Of a stretch of DNA of 32,000 nucleotides, positions 15,773-24,196 are shown in pieces; the stretch's first letter is position 1, and each line of letters opens with the position of its first letter. Source of the stretch: Pseudodesulfovibrio piezophilus C1TLV30 (lineage in GTDB: Bacteria; Desulfobacterota; Desulfovibrionia; Desulfovibrionales; Desulfovibrionaceae); contig NC_020409.1 of the NCBI RefSeq assembly GCF_000341895.1, forward strand, positions 2,820,001 to 2,852,000, read 5' to 3'. The position numbers were made by a program, and so were the translations under genes. The notes below the pieces were generated by a model. The model did no database searches. It worked only from the letters and a program-made list of their open reading frames with translations, and was not told the DNA's origin.

Positions 15773-16864
15773 ATGAAACAAATCAAGTCCATACAGTTGC
15801 CATCCGGCATCTTCATCGGCCAGGGATTTCCCTGTTTTATTGTGGCTGAAATAGGGAACAACCATCAGGGCGAATTCAAGATCGCCAAGGAGATGGTTGA
15901 CAAGGCTGCTGCAGCCGGAGTTCAGGCTGTCAAATTTCAGAAACGTGACATGGAAGCCTTGCTGACCCGTGAAGGACGCGCTGCGCCCTATACTGGCTGC
16001 AACAGCTTCGGACCGACCTACGGGGAGCATCGGAATGCGCTTGAGTTGTCCATTGATCAAATGGCCGAACTCAAGGCATACAGTGAATCTCTTGGATTGG
16101 TCTTTTTTGCCTCAGCCTGGGATGACCCGAGCCTCAAGCAGATTCTCGGGCTCGACGTTGATTTGCTCAAGATATGTTCGGCTGACCTGGTGAATGTTCC
16201 CCTTGTCCGCAAGTATGCGGCTGCCAAGGTGCCAATCATCCTTTCAACAGGCATGAGCTCTCTTGAAGATATTGATGTCGCCCTGTCTGAGATTCGGGCT
16301 TATCATGATGATGTCATTCTGTTGCATTGCAATTCGTCATACCCTTGCCCCGAAGACCAGATCGGCCTGCCTGTCATGGATGCTTTGTCCGAGCGGTACG
16401 GATTGCCTATTGGCTACTCAGGGCATGAACAGGGCCTGGGGCCGAGTGTCGGTGCCGCCGCTCTTGGCGCATGTGTGGTCGAGCGTCATTTCACCTTGGA
16501 TAAATCCTTGAAAGGGACTGATCATCAAGCTTCTCTTGAGCCACATGAGTTATCGCAGATGGTGACCATGATTCGCGAAGTGGAGCGAGCCATGTGCGTC
16601 AAAGGCAAAAAAGTTTTTCCGGAAGAGCAGGCAGCAGCCAAAAAGTTACGCAAATGCATTGTGTTTTCGCGAGATCTCCCCGCCGGGCATATTTTGGCTG
16701 AGGCTGATTTGACCACTCGCAGTCCGCGGGTGGGTGTGTCTCCAGTTCATTGGGATGAAGTGGTCGGTGCGACTCTCAAGAAATCAGTCAAACAGGAAGA
16801 ACCATTGCAATGGGAAACTCTCAACGTGGCGGAAAATGATTGCGCCGATGCAGCGACCTCATAA
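15773..16864 (+). CDS. neuB: NeuB-family nonulosonic (sialic/legionaminic/pseudaminic-type) acid synthase with C-terminal SAF domain
   Basis: CFIVAEIGNNHQGEFKIAKEMV..AVKFQKR, IGYSGHE, ERHFTLDK..KG(T)DH.ASLEP, and a C-terminal SAF/antifreeze-like segment (CIVFSRDLPAGHILAEADLT). ATG at 15773; the TTG at 15767 in the ORF track is less likely. Confidence 0.88.
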   Translation: MKQIKSIQLPSGIFIGQGFPCFIVAEIGNNHQGEFKIAKEMVDKAAAAGVQAVKFQKRDMEALLTREGRAAPYTGCNSFGPTYGEHRNALELSIDQMAELKAYSESLGLVFFASAWDDPSLKQILGLDVDLLKICSADLVNVPLVRKYAAAKVPIILSTGMSSLEDIDVALSEIRAYHDDVILLHCNSSYPCPEDQIGLPVMDALSERYGLPIGYSGHEQGLGPSVGAAALGACVVERHFTLDKSLKGTDHQASLEPHELSQMVTMIREVERAMCVKGKKVFPEEQAAAKKLRKCIVFSRDLPAGHILAEADLTTRSPRVGVSPVHWDEVVGATLKKSVKQEEPLQWETLNVAENDCADAATS

Positions 16865-16887
16865 GCATCTTGAAAGTAAATGAATGA

Positions 16888-16925
16888 GAGTGCCGTTTCG
16901 CCCTGGCGAAACGGCACTCCTTTTT
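16888..16925 (+). terminator. rho-independent terminator after the neuB-like gene
   Basis: GAGTGCCGTTTCGCC..GGCGAAACGGCACTC (15-nt arms) followed by TTTTT. Confidence 0.9.
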
Positions 16926-17033
16926 GTGTGACACCATGCCGACTTTTCGAGAAAAGTTGAAAAAATCATTCATTGGGTATCCTGTGGGTGCTATGAGATA
17001 TGGGCGGAAGACACTATGCGCCAAGGAGGCAAT

Positions 17034-17990
17034 ATGAGTCAGCAGGATATCCTACTGGAAACCGGGACAAACGAATTGGAAATCATAGAGTTTTTTATCC
17101 ATGAGGAAACCGAACGTGGACTGGTCACGCATTATTTTGGCGTTAATGTTGCCAAGGTTCTCGAAGTTGTGGAAGCTCCGGACGGATTGACCGGGTCTGA
17201 AGCGGCTGTTCATCCGAGTTTTTTGGGAACCATTCCGCTGCGAGATCTTATTCTTCCGGTGGTGGATTTGAGCGTCTGGCTGGATTTGCATCGGGCCGAG
17301 GATTTGAACGAACCGATTATTGTGACTGAATTCAACGCCATGATAACCGGTTTTCTGGTCTCAGGCGTTACCCAGATTCACCGCGTCAATTGGGCTGAAG
17401 TCGAACCGCCGAGCAAATATTTTTCCAGTATGGATTCCAACTGCATAACCGGAACCATCAAGATCAATGATCGTTTTGTCCTGATGCTTGACCTTGAACA
17501 AGTCCTTGCTGATCTTGATGAATCGGGTTCCACTCAGGCAAATCTCAGCGATATTGTTTCTGATGAGCGCTATCACGCAATGATAGCGGATGATTCAACC
17601 TCTGTGCGCGAATTGCTCCGAACGAATTTTACCAATGCCAATTTTGAAGTCACCTTGGCGTATGATGGAGCGGAGGCGTGGGCGAAACTCGAAGCGATCA
17701 AGGCTCAATCTCAGAAAGAGGACCGTTCTCCGCTCGATTATTTGGATGTGGTTGTCTCTGATGTGGAAATGCCACAGATGGATGGATATACGCTCACGAG
17801 AAAAATCAAGGAAGACCCTATACTCAAAGTACTCCCGGTGACCTTGTTTTCGTCCTTGATATCCAAGTCCGTTTTACATAAAGGCAAGGCCGTTATGGCA
17901 GACGCGCAGGTGACAAAGCCCGAGTTTAATGGATTGACCGCCAAGGTCATTGATCTGATTGAGAGCTGGCGAGAGAAAATACAGGGATAA
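17034..17990 (+). CDS. cheV: chemotaxis coupling protein CheV (CheW domain + receiver domain)
   Basis: The N-terminal CheW-like part is LETGTNELEIIEFFI...YFGVNVAKVLEV. The C-terminal REC part is ADDS...VVVSDVEMPQMDGYTL..K. AAGGAGG lies 4 nt before the ATG at 17034. Confidence 0.85.
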   Translation: MSQQDILLETGTNELEIIEFFIHEETERGLVTHYFGVNVAKVLEVVEAPDGLTGSEAAVHPSFLGTIPLRDLILPVVDLSVWLDLHRAEDLNEPIIVTEFNAMITGFLVSGVTQIHRVNWAEVEPPSKYFSSMDSNCITGTIKINDRFVLMLDLEQVLADLDESGSTQANLSDIVSDERYHAMIADDSTSVRELLRTNFTNANFEVTLAYDGAEAWAKLEAIKAQSQKEDRSPLDYLDVVVSDVEMPQMDGYTLTRKIKEDPILKVLPVTLFSSLISKSVLHKGKAVMADAQVTKPEFNGLTAKVIDLIESWREKIQG

Positions 17991-18016
17991 TGCTCATCTG
18001 TTCTGGTCGAACTAGA

Positions 18017-18058
18017 GACCAGAGCCGAGATGGGGAGACGACGGTTTCGGCTCTGGTC
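18017..18058. terminator. 12-bp stem hairpin between convergent cheV and the DUF2325 gene (no clear U-tract)
   Basis: GACCAGAGCCGA-(18-nt loop)-TCGGCTCTGGTC. Confidence 0.45.
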
Positions 18059-18090
18059 CCTTAGAGGGGCTGGAAATATGAACTGCAGTC

Positions 18091-18372
18091 CTAAGTGGTT
18101 GCTTCGCCTATACAATCACGCAGGGAGCTGACGCCACAGGAGTGACGCATGATCACAGGAACACCGGTTCCGCGCAGAGCAGCAAGAACGTCCTTGCGAG
18201 CTTTGTGGGAAACCTTGTTGGTGAAGAGGACGACGAAGTCGACATTCCCCAAGGAGCCGGATATCTTTCGCTCCTTTCCTGTGTAGCATTTTAGTTTGAC
18301 TCCATTCTTTTTGGCTTCATTCATGTAGTCTCGTTTCAACCTGTCCATTCCGCCTACTAATGCTGCGCACAT
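18091..18372 (-). CDS. DUF2325-family small protein
   Basis: MCAALVGGMDRLKRDY...VDFVVLFTNKVSHKA...PVIM.HS fits my recollection of the DUF2325 pattern. The start was reset to ATG 18370-18372 with GAGGG upstream. Confidence 0.7.
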   Translation of the reverse strand: MCAALVGGMDRLKRDYMNEAKKNGVKLKCYTGKERKISGSLGNVDFVVLFTNKVSHKARKDVLAALRGTGVPVIMRHSCGVSSLRDCIGEATT

Positions 18373-18438
18373 AGTTCCCTCTTCTTTGTTGAGATTGAAA
18401 ATCGTTATCAATCAATATGAGGAACAGACGGCGTTGTC

Positions 18439-18469
18439 AACCAGGAAAAGCGTTCCTGGTTGTTTTTTT
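18439..18469 (+). terminator. hairpin + T7 run oriented for the plus strand, between two minus-strand genes
   Basis: AACCAGGAA-aagcg-TTCCTGGTT-g-TTTTTTT. The minus-strand reading has no U-tract after the stem. Confidence 0.5.
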
Positions 18470-18478
18470 CTCAAATTG

Positions 18479-19063
18479 TTATCGTTTTGTCTTCAATGTG
18501 TCCCGCAGGGCTTTTCCGTCATGCCATGCCTTGCCTTTTTGTTCTCCAACTGACCAGTAAATATTGTCCGGCATGGAAAGGAGTAATGGCCGGACTTTGG
18601 TTATGTCCGGATACCCATCTGTCATGAAACGGTCTTCAGTCCAGGTGCCTTTGACTTCTCCGAGGAAGAGAGAATGGGTCTCCAGGTCAACGTGTTTGAA
18701 TAATTCAAGCTCTATTGATATCGGGCAATCCTCGATCAATGGGGCGTTGGCAAGAGAGCCGAAATGGACTTTGAAAACAGTTGATTTGTCGGTGCGGTTT
18801 CCAGATGCGAGGCCGACGTAGTCAGTTTCGTTCACCATATCAACTGAAGGGAAATTGATGCTGAACTGTCCTGTTTCCAGAATAGCCCTATGGGTTGCGT
18901 GCTTGGCATTGACGCCAATACCCATGAGGCAGGGTGTGTGAGTAAACCGACTGACCCAGGCCAGAGCCATGAAGTTGGGTTTTCCGTCAAGCATGCTTCC
19001 GACAATGGTCTGCGGGGCTGGGAGCACATACGGATCCGTGCCTATGTTCATTCTTTCGTGCAT
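18479..19063 (-). CDS. flavin reductase-like (FMN-binding split-barrel) domain protein
   Basis: 194 aa. P.TIVGSMLDGKPNFMALAWVS....P.LMGIGVN..H.T...I..TG.FSIN is typical of the flavin reductase-like domain family. AAGGAG lies 6 nt before the ATG. Confidence 0.75.
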   Translation of the reverse strand: MHERMNIGTDPYVLPAPQTIVGSMLDGKPNFMALAWVSRFTHTPCLMGIGVNAKHATHRAILETGQFSINFPSVDMVNETDYVGLASGNRTDKSTVFKVHFGSLANAPLIEDCPISIELELFKHVDLETHSLFLGEVKGTWTEDRFMTDGYPDITKVRPLLLSMPDNIYWSVGEQKGKAWHDGKALRDTLKTKR

Positions 19064-19095
19064 ATTTTTCTCCTTGGTTGCAAGTGATTAGATTG

Positions 19096-19111
19096 TTGTT
19101 TGTACATACAA
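19096..19111. promoter_or_regulatory. operator box 1 (TTGTTTGTACATACAA), upstream of the flavin reductase gene
   Basis: 16-nt sequence identical to 19600-19615. The core is the palindrome TGTACA with near-symmetric flanks. It ends 33 nt upstream of the start codon at 19063. Confidence 0.6.
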
Positions 19112-19142
19112 GTTTTATGACTTTGAGAAACAGTGAAAGACT

Positions 19143-19589
19143 TCACCGAGAGAACTCGCCGAGGTTTTCCAGTTGCTGATTTGCCTGGTCTATGAGCGAG
19201 GTCAGTTCATGTCCTTTTTCGGTGCCGAGAACTTTGGAATATTGGTCATGCAATGTTTTCCAGGCGTTTTCAATGGCAGGGGTCAACTCTGCTCCCTCAC
19301 GAGTCGGGTATATTCGAACAATTTTTCCTTTTTGTTCGCGCTCTATGAACCCATTGTATACCAACTTGTCAGCGAACCGGGTCAGGGTCGATGGGGCAAG
19401 GGCGAGGTGCTCACTCAATTCCTTTTGGGTTATTCCTGGCTGTTCATTAATGAGTACCATCATGAATGCGTGAGAAGGTGAAAGGCCGGTTCCTTTGAAA
19501 GCCATGTCCGCCATTTTGCCTATATTTCGTGCAAGGCTGTTGGCGGTAAAATACAGACAGTTGTGGAGATATCGTGAAGCAGTTGTCAT
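19143..19589 (-). CDS. MarR family transcriptional regulator
   Basis: 148 aa with the winged-helix core PGITQKELSEHLALAPSTLTRFADKLVYNGFIEREQKGKIV.IYPT..G. Confidence 0.88.
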   Translation of the reverse strand: MTTASRYLHNCLYFTANSLARNIGKMADMAFKGTGLSPSHAFMMVLINEQPGITQKELSEHLALAPSTLTRFADKLVYNGFIEREQKGKIVRIYPTREGAELTPAIENAWKTLHDQYSKVLGTEKGHELTSLIDQANQQLENLGEFSR

Positions 19590-19599
19590 GAGATGTCCT

Positions 19600-19615
19600 T
19601 TGTTTGTACATACAA
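19600..19615. promoter_or_regulatory. operator box 2 (TTGTTTGTACATACAA), in the marR promoter
   Basis: Identical 16-mer, 11 nt upstream of the marR ATG. On the minus strand it follows a TTGACA (19636-19641) and a TATATT/ATATTT-like -10, so it covers the -10/+1 region. Confidence 0.6.
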
Positions 19616-19620
19616 ATATA

Positions 19621-19920
19621 ATGAATGTTGTCTTCTGTCAAGAGCGGGTGAGGGTGCTTTGGAGGGGGAATGGGAAGAGGGATGAAGGTGTTCTGTGTGG
19701 AGTTGTGAGAAAGAATATCGGAAGACATTTGAGAAAGTGATGCCTTTTGTGAACGAAAAAGTTGGGGAGGCAGGGGAGGTGATTACAGGTCTCATTGTCA
19801 TGGTGAAGAGGGGAGTGGGTGGGCTTTCAGGGTGCTGTCTGTCGCTTGGGCAGAAGGCTGTTGCTCTGTGTATTCAAGGAAAGGGCATCGGGACCGGAGT
19901 GATTTCTGTGATGTGATCAG
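19621..19920 (-). other. 300-nt non-coding spacer with extreme strand asymmetry (C-rich, G-poor on the transcribed minus strand); rut-like / Rho-dependent termination candidate
   Basis: My hand count on the plus strand is about 118 G vs about 33 C in 300 nt. The spacer lies directly downstream of the beta-helix gene stop (19924) and upstream of the marR promoter. Confidence 0.4.
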
Positions 19921-19923
19921 GGG

Positions 19924-21228
19924 TTATTGCTCAACCGGTTCCCATGAACCGCTTTCCGGGGCTATTTCAGGCAAAGCACAGGGTTTTGCATCAACAACCC
20001 GGTTTCCCATTCCTTTATCGACCAGGAGCGGGGCGGCCCCGATGATGACGTTGACATTACCGCCTAGAAAAATCTGTCCTTTGATAGGGGTGAAATCGTT
20101 AAGTTCAGTCCATGCGAAGGTATTGGTCTCTCCCCTGAGAGATTCAAAGGAATGACAGTATATGGCGTAGCGTCCCTCCCCTCGGACTCTATTATTGGCA
20201 AAGAATCCCCGGGAGCCGGTTTGAACAATGCCACGCGCTTGAGACCCGCCGCCCATGATAATATCGTTGCAGGTTATAACCATATCGTTCGCATAGAGGA
20301 GCATGCCTGTGGAGGCTTTTCCTCGGACTTCAATTCTATTGCCACTCATTGTCATTCTATTATTCTTGCTGAAGTTGGCTCCGCCGCTTGTGTCAAAGTA
20401 CCACCCGGCTACAATGCCATTCGGCCCGTACTTGTGAGGAAATGGAATCCCATCTTCCGGGGTCGTAATACGATTTTTATCTATGGTGATAGAGCCTTCC
20501 CCCTTGGGACCGATGACATTGTCCAGAACTTCGATGCCATTTCGGGCGGCTTCGTTAATGATATTGTTTGTGATGCTGATCTGGGCGGCCCAGGTCCAAT
20601 CTATCATGATGCCGTATCCAGCCACGGTATCCGGGTTGTCTGTGTCCATGGAAAAACGGTTGTTGACTATTTTGATGGTCCCGAGAGCTGCCCGCTTGAG
20701 ACGTTTGCTTCTGTTGTCGAGTCGGTTACCAACGACAATCCCGGCTTGGAAAGAGAGAGTCTCCCCTCCCGTCCATTTGACATTGATTTGTTGTGGTTTG
20801 ACATTGCTCACCGTACAGCCTCGAACATCAAGGCCTCCCACATGAGGAAAGTGAAGTGGGGTTCCCTTGGCACCGTCAAAGTGAATGGAATGAATCGCGA
20901 TGAGTGGCCCTTTGCCGGAAGGCGGCGCTCCTTTGACGGGGAGGGGGGAATAGAAACTCCAATACCCACCGGAGAGCGTGGTCGTTGGTTCGCCCTGAGA
21001 ATCCTTCTCGCCTCGGATGCGGACATTTTTGGTGATTTTGATTCTGCCATCCGTGCCGAGGTCAAAATCCCCCTGCAACACAATAGTCCCCCCCCCGTCC
21101 ACCGCTTTTTGGATATTGGCGATATCCTGTTCCGGGTTACCGGTCCCGACTATTGTTTCTTCGGCAAGGGCCGGATAGGCGGTGAGCAAACAGATGAACG
21201 CAAGTATAATAACAGCACGGCAGGGCAT
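19924..21228 (-). CDS. secreted right-handed parallel beta-helix repeat protein (function unknown)
   Basis: Signal peptide MPCRAVIILAFICLLTAYPALA|EE. There are recurring PbH1-like turns (VNNRF, ITNNII, IDKNRI, SGNRI, ANNRV, GGNVNV). GGAGG lies 4 nt before the ATG. Confidence 0.75.
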   Translation of the reverse strand: MPCRAVIILAFICLLTAYPALAEETIVGTGNPEQDIANIQKAVDGGGTIVLQGDFDLGTDGRIKITKNVRIRGEKDSQGEPTTTLSGGYWSFYSPLPVKGAPPSGKGPLIAIHSIHFDGAKGTPLHFPHVGGLDVRGCTVSNVKPQQINVKWTGGETLSFQAGIVVGNRLDNRSKRLKRAALGTIKIVNNRFSMDTDNPDTVAGYGIMIDWTWAAQISITNNIINEAARNGIEVLDNVIGPKGEGSITIDKNRITTPEDGIPFPHKYGPNGIVAGWYFDTSGGANFSKNNRMTMSGNRIEVRGKASTGMLLYANDMVITCNDIIMGGGSQARGIVQTGSRGFFANNRVRGEGRYAIYCHSFESLRGETNTFAWTELNDFTPIKGQIFLGGNVNVIIGAAPLLVDKGMGNRVVDAKPCALPEIAPESGSWEPVEQ

Positions 21229-21248
21229 GAGGCCTCCGATTATAGGTG

Positions 21249-21266
21249 AAATTCTTCGAAGAATTT
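21249..21266. promoter_or_regulatory. perfect 18-bp palindrome AAATTCTTCGAAGAATTT upstream of the beta-helix gene
   Basis: Perfect dyad located 21-38 nt upstream of the start codon at 21228. Confidence 0.4.
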
Positions 21267-21416
21267 ACATCCTTCCGAGCAGATATTCAAGATCGGGACT
21301 GTTCATTTTTCTTTCTACTCTGCAAATGCGTGTACTTGAAGGAGGCTTTTCCCATCGCCTCATCCCTCCCTCGTCATCTTCCCCTTGCATTGGACAAGAC
21401 AGGACTTGGGGCGAAC

Positions 21417-21968
21417 TCAATATCCTCGATGACGAGGGATTGTTGTGCCCTCGGTGGCAAAGCTTTGTGCTTGCATGTTGAGCCTGTCCTGCTCGTGGAC
21501 TGCGGTGACCACTGCTTGGCAAATTGCTTCCTTTGAGGTGTTCCCCCGATGGATATCCGCAACGAGTTTTTTCAATGTCGCGGCCATATGGGGTTGTTCG
21601 GCCCATAAAGGGTAGTGTGCCCAATACTCTGCGGCCATGTCCATTTTATTGAGATGTGCTGCTGCATATCCCGCATGAAGATATGCGTCAGGTATTTCTT
21701 TGTGTTCCAGGCAGGTGTCGAGGACCAGAAGCGCATCTTTGTCTCTGCCCAGCCGAGTATAGCATATGCCGGCCATGACGAGGTGTGAGGGGCGAAGCCC
21801 CTGTCTTTGACTCTCCTTGGCGGCGCGGAGAGCATCAAACGCCTGGGCTGCGATGGCAAAGTATTTCCTGGCTTGATCTGAGCTGTTTCTCATTTCCGCA
21901 GCACGGGCGCGGGTGAAATTCTTTTCCGCTTTTCGGGAAGCAGGAACTAAACCGGAGAATATCGACAT
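21417..21968 (-). CDS. hypothetical protein, alpha-helical / TPR-like
   Basis: 183 aa from ATG 21966-21968. It has helical repeat-like segments (ARKYFAIAAQAFDAL..., AGICYTRLGRDKDALLVLDTCLE, AYLHAGYAAAHLNKMDMAAEYW). No strong RBS and no recognisable catalytic motif. Confidence 0.5.
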   Translation of the reverse strand: MSIFSGLVPASRKAEKNFTRARAAEMRNSSDQARKYFAIAAQAFDALRAAKESQRQGLRPSHLVMAGICYTRLGRDKDALLVLDTCLEHKEIPDAYLHAGYAAAHLNKMDMAAEYWAHYPLWAEQPHMAATLKKLVADIHRGNTSKEAICQAVVTAVHEQDRLNMQAQSFATEGTTIPRHRGY

Positions 21969-22044
21969 GTCCAACCGTATCGTTTTTCAGTACGGAGATC
22001 GAGAGAGAATGACACAAAACAGGTGAAAAAGGGGCTTGGGATAC

Positions 22045-22071
22045 AAAAAGGCCGGGCAAAAATGCCCGGCC
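22045..22071 (-). terminator. rho-independent terminator after groEL
   Basis: On the minus strand: GGCCGGGCA-tttt-TGCCCGGCC followed by TTTTT. Confidence 0.9.
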
Positions 22072-22097
22072 TTTGCCTGTTTTCCAAAACGCTGAGG

Positions 22098-23699
<1,602 letters not shown>

Positions 23700-23721
23700 C
23701 TATGAAGTCAGGTTGTAAGGA

Positions 23722-23982
23722 TTAAGCGAACACGCCCAGAATGTCATCTTCACGCATGATGATCAGCTCTTCTCCGTCCATGGAGAACTCGCTGCCTGCG
23801 TATTTGGCAAACAGGACGGTATCTCCGGCCTTGACGGTCTGGCACTCGGGGCCGGCTGCCAAGACTTCTCCACCCTGCGGTTTTTCCTTGGCGGAATCCG
23901 GGATGTAGATGCCTCCGGCGGTCTTTTCCTCTTCTTCCTTCCTCTTGACGATGACGCGGTCGTTCAACGGTTTCAAAGCCAT
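23722..23982 (-). CDS. groES: co-chaperonin GroES (atypical: short, roof-hairpin region deleted)
   Basis: 86 aa: [36 protein letters not shown]...G....VK.GD.VLF.KYAG.E....[12 protein letters not shown]. It lies 34 nt upstream of groEL. Confidence 0.9.
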   Translation of the reverse strand: MALKPLNDRVIVKRKEEEEKTAGGIYIPDSAKEKPQGGEVLAAGPECQTVKAGDTVLFAKYAGSEFSMDGEELIIMREDDILGVFA

Positions 23983-24032
23983 CTGATATCTCCTTTATGA
24001 TGAAAATAGTACCGCCCTGAGGCGGCGCATTC

Positions 24033-24079
24033 GTGTTGACTGCGCACAGAGATAAGACCCTGGTATCGTGTGTCAACAC
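24033..24079. promoter_or_regulatory. inverted repeat GTGTTGAC-N31-GTCAACAC in the divergent groES/otsA control region
   Basis: 8-bp perfect arms. Each arm contains a TTGAC(T/A) -35-like hexamer pointing toward otsA (plus strand) or groES (minus strand). Confidence 0.35.
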
Positions 24080-24196
24080 TCCTGTGCAATATTTTTCCAC
24101 TGACGTCACAGAGGCCGGCTTGTCATATATGGCGAAGACCTGTAACAAAGAGAGCATGAAGAAAGATAATTTCGAGATGGTGGAGGAGGAAAAATA

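Noticed and set aside
19695-19916. 73-aa plus-strand ORF (and a 71-aa minus-strand ORF at 19586-19801) in the G-rich spacer
   Set aside because: It has a GTG start and no RBS. Its Gly/Val-rich translation simply reflects the G/T-rich composition, so I treat the region as non-coding.
21239-21244. TATAAT on the minus strand just upstream of the beta-helix gene RBS
   Set aside because: A transcript initiated from it would start inside or after the Shine-Dalgarno sequence. The match is probably fortuitous.
20152-21249. 365-aa plus-strand ORF
   Set aside because: It is antisense to the beta-helix gene. The minus-strand product has a proper signal peptide, an RBS and repeat architecture, while the plus-strand product has none of these.
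23983-24196. CIRCE/HrcA operator upstream of groES
   Set aside because: The best resemblance (ATTGCACAG directly abutting GAGTGTTGA on the minus strand) has poor half-site matches and no 9-nt spacer.
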